This document shows, one piece after another, positions 11,362-23,539 of a stretch of DNA of 64,000 nucleotides (within the stretch, counting starts at the first letter, position 1; each line of letters starts with the position of its first letter). Location: the NCBI GenBank assembly GCA_036785375.1, contig JAWMAR010000074.1, positions 7,068,001-7,132,000 of the forward strand, written 5' to 3'. The notes under the pieces are model-generated. The model was given only the letters and a program-made list of their open reading frames with translations. It had not been told where the DNA came from and did not search any database. Position numbers and translations under genes: made by a program. The DNA comes from Leucoraja ocellata. Taxonomy: Eukaryota.

Positions 11362-12787
11362 TAGAACATATAACATAGAATAATGCAGTGCAAAAATAGG
11401 CCCTTCACCTCACAATGTCTGTATGAATACGAAACCAACGCTTATCTGCCTGCATGTACATAAACATATACATCCATTCCATGCATTTACATATACCTAT
11501 CCAAAACTCTCTTAAGTGCCCTTACCATATCTGCCTGGCAGCACGTTCCAACAACTCACCATCCTCTGTGTACATAACATATCATGCACATCTCCTTTAA
11601 ACTTTGCTCCTCTCACCTTAAGGCCAGGCCGTCTTAACAGCATTATAGGCCCCCGGGCAAAGCAGTGCACTGGAGCACCTACACTTCCAGTTTCTTTATG
11701 CCAAATCAAATATGCCGTCCTGCACTTGCGATGTTCTTCTCCATTTTCATGTTCTACAATAACATTCTACAATACATAGATTAGCATGAGGCCCCTATAC
11801 TCGTGGGGCCCCGGGCAACTGCCCAGCGTTAAGATGGCCCTGCTTAAGGCTAAGCCTCTGGTATTTAATTTTTCCATCTGACCATCTCCCCTATCTATGC
11901 CTCATAACCTTATAGACTTCTATCGGGTTTCTCTGCAACTTTTGTCATTCAAGAGAAAACTATCCAAGTCTGTCCAACCTTTCCCTATAGCCAATACCCC
12001 TTAATCCAGGTATTATTCTGATGAATCTCCGTTGTACCCCTTTCAAAGCCTTCACATCCTTCCTGTAATGGGCCCACCAGAACTGTACGCAAGACTTCAA
12101 ATGCGGTCTAACTAGTCCTATATAACTACATCATGACTTCCAGACTCTGGTACTCAATGCCCCAACCGATGAAAGCAAACATACCATATGCCTTCTTTAC
12201 AACTCTATCTATTTGTGTTGACATTTGTAGGGAATTATGGACTTAGACACCAAGATCCCTCAATACATCAATGCTGTTAAGCGTCATGTCATTAAATGTA
12301 TGTTTTCCACTTACATCCATTTGATCCTAAAGTGCAGTACCTCACACTTGCTTGAATCAAACACCATTTCTCCACCCATTTCTGCACTGATCCTTTACCA
12401 ACTGGATACAATCCTATTTGGATTGTATACTTTGACAGCCTTCCTCACAGTCCGTGACCCCAGCAATCTTGGTATCAACTGCACATTTAATAACCAACCT
12501 GTCTTGGTTTATGTCCAAGTCTTTTACATATATCACAAAGAGCAGATGTCCCAGCACAGATCCCTGCAGAACTCCACTGATCACAGACCTCCAGCCTGAA
12601 TATTGTCCTTCCACCACAACCCTCTGTGTTCTATCGGTGAGCCAATTCTGAATCCAAACGACCAAGTTACTTTCCCTCCCATACATATTAACCTTCTGGA
12701 ATATTTGGTAAAATCCACGTGGGCAACATCCCCCACCCTACCCTCATCGATCGCCTTTGTCTCTTCGTCAAAAAACTCAATCAAATT
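11362..12787 (-). mobile_element. Older CR1-clade LINE (RT to 3' tail)
   Basis: WIQNWLTDRTQRVVVEG..SGVLQGSVLG..KCAVDTK (ORF 12414-12686) and a degenerate tail at 11362. Confidence 0.85.
11625..11842. mobile_element. hAT-superfamily MITE nested in CR1
   Basis: TIRs caggccgtcttaac / gttaagatggccctg and a perfect 8-bp TSD cttaaggc (11617-11624, 11843-11850). Confidence 0.88.
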
Positions 12788-13291
12788 ACATCTCAACCAA
12801 ATAGTGCCTGCACCATATGGAGATCCCATTTCAGATAACTGTCACAATATCCAATAACCACGATCCTATTTGGATTGTATGAAATGAGAAAGGCATAAGA
12901 AATGGGCAAAGGGAATGGAAGGTGTGAAATATTTTTATGCCAGCTGCTGTTCATAAATATTCCAAGATTGGAGCTGCAGGAGGGGGTGGAGTGTGGAACA
13001 GTGTTAGAGGCAATATGGTACAGCTATTATCAATGATTTAATGTGTACCAAAGCTGATGCTGCTTGGAACATTGTCTCATCCTTTGGGGTGAGGTGAACC
13101 AGGCTTACCTGATCATCCCAGGCCCCAGCTCCTCCTCTGTGCCAGATCCCCATGGCCCTAACATCTTTCAAACATTTACGACCTCTAATGATATGATCTC
13201 CAACATTTTCTGGTGTAGAGAATTCCAGAGATTCACTCATCTCTGCAAGTTGATTTTTTTTACATACCTGTGGACAACACCTCTAATCCTC

Positions 13292-13460
13292 CAGCGTGGT
13301 GATTCTCAACCTTTTTAAATGAAACCATCACTGGTTCACACTTGGTAAAGTAAGCACTCTTCACCAAAAATGCCCAATGATATCATATGGCACTCATTTT
13401 AAGCAGTTGGACCATCCCAAGATATCACCGGGCATTTTTTGGAAACGGGTGAAGAATCTA
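13292..13460. mobile_element. Possible degenerate hAT-Charlie-type MITE
   Basis: Ends resemble cagtggttctcaacct / ggttgagaa TIRs. No clear TSD. Confidence 0.35.
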
Positions 13461-13519
13461 GCTTCATGCATCCTTTCCGCCCACTCCCTCTCTAATCATT
13501 GGCATCCTCCAGAGCTGTT

Positions 13520-14340
13520 TATAGAAACATAGAAATTAGGTGCAGGAGTAGGCCATTCGGCCCTTCGAGCCTGCACCGCCATTCAATATGATCATGGCTG
13601 ATCATCCAACTCAGTATCCCGTACCTGCCTTCTCTCCATACCCTCTGATCCCCTTAGCCACAAGGGCCACATCTAACTCCCTCTTAAATATAGCCAATGA
13701 ACTGGCCTCGACTACCCTCTATGGCAGAGAGTTCCAGAGATTCACCACTCTCTGTGCGAAAAAAGTTCTTCTCATCTCGGTTTTAAAGGATTTCCCCCTT
13801 ATCCTTAAGCTGTGACCCCTTGTCCTGGACTTTCCCAACATCGGGAGCAATCTTCCTGCATCTAGCTTGTCCAACCCCTTAAGAATTTTGTAAGTTTCTA
13901 TAAGATCCCCTCTCAATCTCCTAAATTCTAGAGAGTATAAACCAAGTCTATCCAGTCTTTCTTCATAAGACAGTCCTGACATCCCAGGAATCAGTCTGGT
14001 GAACCTTCTCTGCACTCCCTCTATGGCAATAATGTCCTTCCTCAGATTTGGAGACCAAAACTGTACGCAATACTCCAGGTGTGGTCTCACCAAGACCCTG
14101 TACAACTGCAGTAGAATCTCCCTGCTCCTATACTCAAATCCTTTTGCTATGAAAGCTAACATACCATTCGCTTTCTTCACTGCCTGCTGCATCTGCATGC
14201 CTACTTTCAATGACTGGTGTACCATGACACCCAGGTCTCACTGCATCTCCCCTTTTCCTAGTCGGCCACCATTTAGATAATAGTCTGCTTTCCTGTTTTT
14301 GCCACCAAAATGGATAACCTCACATTTATCCACATTATGC
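13520..14340 (-). mobile_element. CR1-clade LINE 3' portion (young)
   Basis: ORF 13719-14225 ([27 protein letters not shown]..) plus tail. Confidence 0.93.
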
Positions 14341-15104
14341 ATCCCAGGTTGGTAACCATTGAACAGTTGGCAGATCTATTTCCCTCCTGGGATAAACAAA
14401 GTTCTATCGTATCGTATTGTATTGTATGTGGCCCATGGGATTAACCAAAAGATTACAATCATTGGCGTGCTTTTTCCAGTACACTGCAGAAAGAACGTTG
14501 CCTTCTCTTTCACACTGTGACAATGGACTACAAGTACCATTATGACCAGTTATTTCATATTACTTTTATACTCATAATAAAACAACATACACCATTTGAT
14601 TTCCTAATTCTTTCCCTTGCACTTAAATAACATATGCTTCCCATCAAAATTGTGAACAACTCTTACCGTGTATTAGAACTAACAACAGATGTTTGTCCTG
14701 GAAAATCTTCAATGATAAAATAAATTATTTATCAAGATTGTAATACGCTGCGAACGAGATAAATCACTAAATAAAGTCCTCAGCTCCTGCATATCTTGAA
14801 TTTAATATGAAACCTGTGTAGAATTCATTGCCATAGATGTTGAATTAATGCCTTCAATAATTTTTGAACTGACATGTTGCAGAAAGAAGAGGCAGGCAGC
14901 CAAACACTAAAATAAACTTTGGCAAACAATCAAATACCACTATTTATCTTTTCGACTCGCAGCCTTGTAAGCTATGGGGATTTTGTTGCAAGAATACTGA
15001 CTGTTCTACACTGAATTTAGAAGCAAGTTGATCATGCTATGATCAACTAATAGAGTATATTACTTTCTCTACTACCTGTGTGCACGTATGTTTCATAATC
15101 ACTT

Positions 15105-15410
15105 GAAATATACAGCCTGGAAACTGTCTCTTCAGCTCTCTGAGTCCATGCTGTCTATCGATCACCCATTAACACCAGTCCCATTTTTGCACCCACTCCC
15201 TACATACTAGAGGTATTTTACACAGGCCATTTACCTATAAACCCGCACGTCTTTGGGAAATGGGCGGAAACCAGAGCATCTGCAGGAAATTCACATGTTC
15301 ACAAGCCGAACGTGCAAATGACAGACAATTAACACCCGAGGGTGTGTTTGAATCCAGATCTCTGGCACTGTGAGGCAGCAGCTCTACCAGCTGCACCACT
15401 GTGCTGCCCA
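15105..15410 (-). mobile_element. Degenerate V-SINE
   Basis: Reverse complement has the tRNA head gggcagcacagtggtgcagctggtagagctgctgcc and the V domain. Confidence 0.75.
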
Positions 15411-15851
15411 ACATGTGCACATAGTACCTATTAAAAGAGCTGACTAGGGATTTAGCAGGACAAATAAAATGTATGTATGTTTTCATCAACAGTCTTTCGT
15501 CAAAATTATTTATGGAATTTAGTGCCTGGTAAATGTTGTGACCTAACGAACCCACAATGTTCCTTGAAAAAAACACCAAAAATAATCATTGTTATTGCAG
15601 TTAAATCTGAATTATATTGAATTATAATGGGAGTTTTTTCTCTTAAACAGAACATTTTTAATAAAACTCAATTATTAGCCAGATTTCTAATGAAAATAAA
15701 ATGGCTGCATAATGTGCAGGCAATTACAAAAGAGCAGAAGAAATAGGGCATGGATAGGCCATGTGGCCCTTTGTGCCTGCTCTTCTGTTCATGTTCTTGA
15801 GGTCCTCTGAGGGAGCGCTGTATGTATGCATTTATGTATGTATGTATGTAT

Positions 15852-17403
15852 TGTAACCTGAATAATATGAGCCTGGTTCTTCTACGTCTTTATCTTTTTT
15901 TAAGTATTAATGTAATCGTTGATTCTGCTAATGTTTCAGGTAGGATTTGTTCTTTAAAAGCGTATGTATATATTTTCTGTAAACGTGGTGTAACTTTGTC
16001 ATAAAAACATTTATAAAATTTGTTACTGAATCCGTCTGGTCCTGGTGTTTTTCCATTCTTTAGTGTGTTTATTGTGTCTTCTATCTCCTTAGATGTAATC
16101 TGTGCTCCCAGTTCCTCTCGTTCCTTCAATTCTAGTTTTGGAAGGTTACAATTGTCCAAGAACTTTGAAACTTTATTATTATCTGTTAGCGTTTTGGATG
16201 TGTATAAATTCTGGTAAAATTGAGCGAATCTTTTATTGATATAATTAGGTAGTGTTAATAATTCCCCTCTATCTGATTTAATCTTTAAAATTGCGTGGTC
16301 TTTTTCCCGTTTTTTTCAGTTGGCGTGCCAGATGTTTGTGGGGTTTATCTCTTTTGCACGATCTCATAGGGATAATCCCGGAGGAGTTTGATAGAGTCGT
16401 TTCCAAACGTCATCTTCACTCCGTGTTTGATTTTTTTCATCAGCTCTTCCAGTGCTGAAATGTCCCGCAGTTTGATTATGATCTGTCGTGGGTGGGCTAG
16501 TTCTACTTGTGATTTCAGCTTAAATCTGGGTACTCGATGTGCCATTTCAATTTTCGGTTCCACGGGTAAATTGAGTACATGTTTGAGTAAGTTGGCAGTG
16601 AACTCATGGGGGTTGTTTCCCTCTGCTCCCTCTGTTACTCCCAGTATTCTTAAATTTTGGCGTCTTGAGCGAGCTTCGAGATCGAGGCATTTATCCGAGA
16701 CTTTCGCCAGATGACTCTTGAGGCTGTCTAGTTCTAGCTTCATTCCCTGCATATCTTCAGACATTTGTGTAACAACTGTTTCCATGTCTTTCATTGCAGT
16801 TACATTTGAAGAAACAGTTTCATGCCCAGCCTCAAACTTCTTCGTGGAATCTTCTTCCACTTTATCAATTTTCCCCGTTAGCTTTTCTTGCACATCATCA
16901 ATTCTTTTTTTTGTATAATGCCAATGCAATCAATAACTTTTTGATTGCAGCATTGATGTTTGACATATTTTCCATCATTTTTGCATTCATATTTTCCATC
17001 ATTTTTTAATTTCCAGCCTCAATATCATTTCTCAGTTCTCTTACCGAATTCTTTATCTCCTCAAGTTCATTTTTCTCCTTAGTAGCCATCTCAGTCTTGT
17101 ATCTTGTAGCTATTGTAACCACTTCAGAGGTCAGTTCTTCAGGTTTCTGGCTTTTCAGCAGGTGTTTTGAAGCTGTTCTCTGAGGGATCTGAGCTGGAGA
17201 CGTTTTTTTCATTTAAAAGCCTTTATCCTCCGTTTAATTCACAGCGCTTACTGATGACGTCATCAGCGCGACGTCCAGGGGCTCCGGTAAGTTTTTGAAT
17301 AGGTCCCGACCTCCAGACACGATTTTAACGCAAAGAATCGCGTATTTTCAGCAGCGGAGCTAAATGGTGCGACTGCTAGTCCAGCATGGCGCCGCCGGAA
17401 GTC
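15852..17403 (-). mobile_element. L1-clade LINE: intact 5' end, frameshifted ORF1, internal deletion, ORF2 fragment
   Basis: 5' terminus GACTTCCGG.. at 17403 and CpG-rich 5'UTR. ORF1 shows coiled coil plus LEARSRRQNLRILGV; junction at ~16350 joins to ORF2 DKPHKHLARQL..KTPGPDGF..STITLILKK. Confidence 0.88.
17251..17266. promoter_or_regulatory. Palindromic CRE/ATF site in the L1 5'UTR
   Basis: Perfect 16-bp palindrome CTGATGACGTCATCAG containing TGACGTCA. Confidence 0.5.
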
Positions 17404-18159
17404 ATAACGAGAGATGTTTTTAAATGTGCTATTGAAATAAAATTGACTTGACTTGAAGATCGTGGAATGAGCTGCAAGCTGTAATTTTCATGCACTATCT
17501 CCATATCCCTTGATTTCTTCAATGCCCAGATATCCATTGCTCTCTGCTTTGAATGGACATAACAAACATACTTCCACCGCTGGCCTGGATAGAACCTGAA
17601 TGCACTACTCCAGGTGTATTCTTGCCAAATACCTGTAAAATTGCAATAAGTCTATGTTAATAAGACATAGGAGCAGAATTAGGCCATTGTGCCTATTGAA
17701 TCTGCTCTGCTATTTACTCAAGGCTAATCTATTTTCCATCTCAACCCCATTCACTTTCCTTCACCCAATAACCTTTGACCCTTACTAATCATGGACCTAT
17801 CAATCTTCACATTAGAAAAATCCAATAACTTGGCCTCCAATGCTGGTGGAGCAGAGACTTACATTACGGTAAGACTTCATTACTCCTGTAATTAAACTTT
17901 CACATACTCTAGGCTAATATAACTATTGCTCTCCTAATTGCTTGCACGTTGTCATTCAGTGAATATTCAGTGACTATTCAGTGACTATTGTACAAGTGCA
18001 TCTTAGTTATTTTAAACTGTAACACCATCAAATCTCTCAGCAATTAATAGATACGCTGTTTTCCTAGCATGATCAGCAAAATGGATAACCTCATATTTTT
18101 CCACATTACAGTCCAAAGATCATGTTTCTTTTTCCCCAATCAGTCAGCTTGTACATAAT

Positions 18160-18917
18160 TAAAGTCAACTTTAAGGCAAGGCACAGTCCCAAGGCAACTT
18201 TAGCATTCTCAAACCAACTTTTCAATTAGGCAAGACATTCGCTAACCAACTTTTCAATTAGGCAAGGCAACTTTAGCATTCTCAAACCAACCTTTCAATT
18301 AGGCAAGGCAACTTTAGCATTCTCAAATCAACTTTTCAATTAGGCAAGACAATTTCCAAACCAAAGGCAACACAGCTTTAGTATTTCCAAACCAACGGCA
18401 ACACAGCTTTAGCATTTCCAAACCAAAGGCAACACAGCTTTAGCATTTCAAAACCAAAGGCAACACAGCTTTAGCATTTCCAAACCAAAGGCAACACAGC
18501 TTTAGCATTTCCAAACCAAAGGCAACACAGCTTTAGCATTTCGCAACACAGCTTTAGCATTTCCAAACCAAAGGCAACACAGCTTTAGCAATTCAAAACC
18601 AAAGGCAACACAGCTTTAGCATTTCCAAACTATATTTTCAAGCCACATTAAGGGCACTGACTGAGGCACTCAACACATCCGGGTTTTATAGTCCCTCCGG
18701 AAGGGGCATAGCCTTCAGGAGAGAGTATCTCAACATTTTTTAAACACTATTAACTCTTTTATTTTTCATCGATGGGAACAATCCTCTTGTCCTGCGCAGT
18801 GGAGGGAGACTCCGAGTCAGATGGCCAAAAATCATAGCCATAAGAGGCAAAACTTTTTCTAAAATCATTATACAGAACACCAGGAAGTGGTCAAGATCAG
18901 ACTTTTAGTAATATTGA
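18160..18917 (-). mobile_element. Helitron 5' portion with internal minisatellite
   Basis: Reverse complement begins A|TCaatattactaaaagtctgatcttgacc, matching the 5596 Helitron start. Also shares the gactataaaacc..gtgcctca motif. Confidence 0.75.
18170..18630. repeat. Composite minisatellite: ~45-bp units then 31-bp units (aaaccaaaggcaacacagctttagcatttcc)
   Basis: 31-nt period visible from 18358 (about 9 copies). The earlier units share the aaggcaac and tttagcatt motifs. Confidence 0.92.
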
Positions 18918-19447
18918 TTATTGGGAGAAATATTTTGGATTTCTTGAATTTTGTTCTGTACTTTGATTCATTATATTTGTTACAGAGGGAGAGAAAAACA
19001 GAAAATACAAATAATAAGAACATAACAATGGGTATGGGCCACCCGGCCCTTCAAGTTTGCTCCAGCGTTAATTGAGATCATGGTTAATGAATTGCTTCAA
19101 TTACATTTCCCCATCTGCAGTTCTCATATCTCCTTATTCCTTCTTTATTCAGAAATAAATCCATGACAGAGTTCCCACAACACTTGTTGAGAGAGAATTT
19201 CAAAGATTCATCACCTTCTATGTGAAAACCTTTCTCTTATCACAGTCCCAAATGGCCTCCCTCTCTTTCTGGGGTTGTGACTCCCTGGTTCCAGACTCCT
19301 CAGCTAGAAGAAGATCCTTCCTGCATCCAGCCTGTCAAGGTTTTCGTCCTGGATGTGTGGGGCACCAGCTACTCTCAAGATGCTTGACACCATACAGAGC
19401 AAAGCACATTCATTACTTGGCATCTCATCAACCATACTAAACTATAC

Positions 19448-19712
19448 CCCAGCGGTATGAACACTGACTTCTCTAACTTCAAATAGCTCTTGCTTTCCCA
19501 CTCTCCCCCTTCCATTCTCCCACCGGTCTTACTGCCTCCGACTACATTCTATCTCTGTCCCACCCACTACCTTGACATCGGTCTGAAGAAGGGTCTCGAC
19601 CCAAAACGTCACCAATTCTTTCTCTCCAGAGATGCTGCTTGTCCCGCTGAGTTACCCCAGCATTTTGTGCCTACCTTTGATTTAAACCAGCATCTGCAGT
19701 TCTTTCCTACAC
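19448..19712 (+). mobile_element. Penelope-like element 3' end: ORF terminus, 3'UTR and hammerhead-like motif
   Basis: 19448-19486 encodes PSGMNTDFSNFK*, resembling the GIY-YIG C-terminal P-x-G-x-N motif. It is followed by ggtCTGAAGAagggtctcgacccAAAACGTCacc (~19581-19613) and the tail shared with the palindromic elements. Confidence 0.75.
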
Positions 19713-19909
19713 ATATTAAACATTCATTCTCCCCACCACTAGCTCACAGTGACTGCAATGAATACTATCTATTAAATATAAAGTAGCAATAGCATTTAAA
19801 AAAACTCAAACTCTACCATCAAGAAGGACAAGGACAGATAGCATTTGGGGAACGCCACTGCAAGTTCCTCTCCATGTCATCTTGGAGAGTTATTGCCAGT
19901 ACCTACCCA

Positions 19910-20205
19910 ACACAGTAGCGGTAGAGTTGCTACCCATACAGTGCCAGAGACCTGAGTTTGATTCTGACTATGAAGGGCAATCTCTACGGAGATTGTATGC
20001 AATCATTGTGACCGCAAGGGTTTTCTCCGGGTGCTCCAGTTTCCTCCCAAGTTCCAAAGAAGTAAAGAAGTAAATGTTTATAGGTTAATTGTTTTCTTTT
20101 AACTGCAAATTGTCCCTAGTGTATAGGATAGTGCTTGTGTATGGGGTTATCGCTGGTCGGCGAGGACAGTGGGCCAATCGCCTATTTCTACGCGGTATCT
20201 CTAAA
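19910..20205 (+). mobile_element. Degenerate V-SINE
   Basis: tRNA-like head, V domain and tail. Confidence 0.78.
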
Positions 20206-20396
20206 AAAAAGAGTTTCAACACCATTTTCTCAAGGTTTGCTAATCATGGACAATTATTTCTAGCCAGACCATTGGACAGTTCTCTTCGGTCACCTCACAG
20301 CCTGTTTGAAGAATTCATTTAAACCCCCCTTGGTTCCTTGTGGTTTGTTGGAACATGAAGCTCAATCATGTTTTAGTAAATTTTGAATTATAATCT

Positions 20397-20656
20397 TGAA
20401 ATGAAATGATTCAATTTATTGTCATTGTCAGTGTACAGTACAGAGACAACAAAATGCATTTTTAGCATCTCCCTTGAAAGGGAGACACAGGGCGTCGCGG
20501 TGTGCCCGCGCCTGCCGCCGTACATTCCATTACAGGCAAAGGTGGGTGAAGTGTCTTGCCCAAGGACACAACGACAGTATGCACTCCAAGCGGGATTTGA
20601 ACCGGCTACCTTCCGGTCGCCAGCCGAACTCTTAGCCCATTGTGCTATCTGTCGCC
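20397..20656 (-). mobile_element. tRNA-derived CORE-type SINE with Rex1-like 3' tail
   Basis: Reverse complement shows B-box ggttcaaatccc, CORE-like gtgtccttgggcaagacacttcaccc, then gacaataaa and a (TTTCA)n tail like the Rex1 3' ends here. Confidence 0.68.
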
Positions 20657-22232
20657 TTGTTGAATGAACCCTACGCTTTTGTTTTTAGGACCCCAGAGAA
20701 CTGATGTCCTCGACTTAGTCCTTTACAGCAAAACCTTGATCCTCCATTGTCATTCCTGTGCCCCAAACTGGTTAAAATGCACAGTCCCTGTGCCAGACCA
20801 ACTAATGATCTCTTGGCTATCCTCTAAGGTTTAAACAGTATTGAGGAGCATGGTTAATTTTTACCAACACGGCCTCTCTTGCTCTGACTCCACTAAATGA
20901 CCAGGACTGAAAACCAATATGGTGATGTGTGTTTATACAGATGGACACAATTGAAGTTATGAAGGGCAATGACTATCTGTGACTGCCTGGAATTTAAACG
21001 TATTAAAACATTTAAAATAAACACCAACGATTTAATAAAAAACATTTCAAGCAGTCAAGCAAATAAACATAAAAGGCTAAATGTACTCTCAAACCATTAA
21101 AAACAATTGCATACATTTACATCAAACCAATTAGATGAAAAGTAGAGGGAACTAAAATGATTTTATATTTGTCATTATTACAGCAGTAGTTTCTTTGCAG
21201 TAAAATGAATGGAGTTGCTGGACTTACGCCAGGTTATAGTGCAGGAGAATCTGCAGAAGGTCTGCTCCTCTGCTGGGCTCCATTAGAAACACATTTCCAG
21301 GGATTCCAAATTACTAGGAAAAGCACTGGATTGAGTATGAAGTAATGAAATCTGCTTTATGTTCTTGCAGATAGTATTTTTACCATGGTTTGTCCAAATT
21401 ACCATTAGGGCTTTGGCAGCAACTGTAGGGAAATTCACAACCCACAGCTTCCTCCATTTCACAGGGGTTTTTCCAGCACATTGCCAAAACTACAGTGGGA
21501 GATATTGAAATCCTAGTTGGAAATTCTAACCTCCTGTGAACCTTTGCACAAAAGAAAAGAAACAATACAGTACTTTCCATTATTCTTAACTTGCATTTTT
21601 ATTGCTGTCAAATATCTGTTACCATTCAGGACAAAGAATTAGATTTTTATGTGTTGGAATTTTTATTTGCAAATCTTCTTACTCAGAACAGTACATTGGA
21701 GATTAAAAAACTGGTCATACTAGTTGATATGATGATCAATCATGACATTTATTTTTGAACAAAAAGCCAGTTCAATCTGAGAATCCTTAGAAACATATTG
21801 GGGCATTTTATTTTTTTTTAAATGTTTTTCAGGTTCACTTTTCAGTGAAAGTTAAGTCCTGGAATATCTCCAAAAAGTAGAAATTACATTTTGTGGAACA
21901 AATATTTCAAACTGTAGATCATAATGGATTTGCCTCTGATCCACAAAACTGGTCATCGTGAGCAATCCAATGATCGATCTCATTCTAATTAATTGAAATG
22001 TAATTGTAGCAGAGAATTATTTTTGTTCATTAAAAACTAGTTTGCTCGAAGAAAAGCCTATATTTTCTCATCACGTTAGAATGGTAGAAATTGAAAACAT
22101 GCACATTAGCAAAGAATTAGAGGAAACATTTTATTCATATCTATGTTGACTAATATTTATTTTCACCGCTGTTTGTACACAGTGACAATCAATTTAAAGC
22201 CAAGATATTTAAGTAATTATCTCTTAATAAAT

Positions 22233-23518
22233 CAAGAGAGTCAAGAGATTTTTATTGTCATATGTCCCAGGTAGAACAATTACATTCTTACTTACTGTAC
22301 CTCAACAGAATATGTAAACATAATGCACTGTAAACAATATAATAAACAAGAGAGAAAAAAGTTCAGTGTGCATATATACACACACTCACAATATATACAG
22401 TATATACACACACATACACGCACACACATATATACGGACACACAACAAACAAACAATAGTAGTACAACAATAATAATAATAATAATAGTCTATTGTAGTT
22501 CAGAGCTTATTTGTGGTTGTAGTGTTTAATAGCCTGTTGGCTGCAGGGAAGAAGCTGTTCCTGAACTTGGACACCACAGTTTTCAGGATCCTGTACCTTT
22601 TTCCCAATGGCAAGAATGAAATTAGTGTGTGGCCAGGATGGTGTGGGTCTCTGATTATGCTGGCTGCCTTTTTGAGGCAGCGACTCAAGAGTCTAGAGTC
22701 AAGAGAGTTTCATTGTCAGATAGGACAATTACATTTTTACTTGCTGCAGCACAACAGAATATGTAAACATAAAACAAAAAAATAATACTCTGGTAAATCC
22801 CTTCGATGGTGGGGAGGTCAGAGCCGGTGATGGACTGGGCAGTGTTCACAACTTTTTGCAGTCTTTTTCGCTCCTGGGCGTTCAAGTTGCCGAACCAGGC
22901 CACGATGCATCCAGTAAATATGCTCTCTACTGTACACCTGTAGAAGTTCAAGAGAATCCTCTCTGACTTACCGAATCTCCGTAATCTTCCCAGGAAGTAG
23001 AGGTGTCGATGTGCTTTATTTATAATTGTATGAGTATGCTGGGTCCAGGAAAGATCTTTGGAAATATGCACGCCCAGGAATTTGAAGTTTTTAACTCTCT
23101 CCAAGTATTTGACTAACCTGTTGATTGTGGGTCCTCATCCTTCCTCTTCCAAAGTCCACAATCAGTTCATTGGTTTTACTGATATTGAGAGCTAGGTTGT
23201 TGAACTGGCACCATTTGGTCAATTGGTCATCTCACTTCTATACTCTGACTCGTCACCATCTGTCATCCGTCTAACAATGGTGGTGTCATCGGCGAACTCG
23301 AAGATGGAGTTCGCACTGTGTCCAGCTACACAGTACACAGTACAGAGTGAGTAGAGCAGGGAGCTCAGCACGCAGCATTGAGGTGCTCCTGTACTGATTG
23401 TTATTGAGGAAGAAGTATTTCTGCCAATTCGAACAGACTGTGATCTGTGGATGAGGAAGTCGAGGATCCAATTGCAGAGGGATGCTCAGAGACCCAGTTC
23501 CCTGAGGTTGGTATCCAG
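22233..23518 (-). mobile_element. Rex1/Babar LINE with a nested second Rex1-type 3' tail (~22685-22785)
   Basis: ORFs 22500-22688 and 22685-23104 (FKFLGVHISKDLSW..NFYRCTVES); RT region extends to 23518. Confidence 0.85.
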
Positions 23519-23539
23519 CTTTTAATTTAAATATTAAAA

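Noticed and set aside
14814-14906. Possible minus-strand exon (CLAACLFFLQHVSSKII..)
   Set aside because: Weak donor (cag|gtttca) and an unrecognised peptide.
18358-18630. CRISPR-like repeat array
   Set aside because: 31-bp units are contiguous with no unique spacers, there are no cas genes, and the context is eukaryotic.
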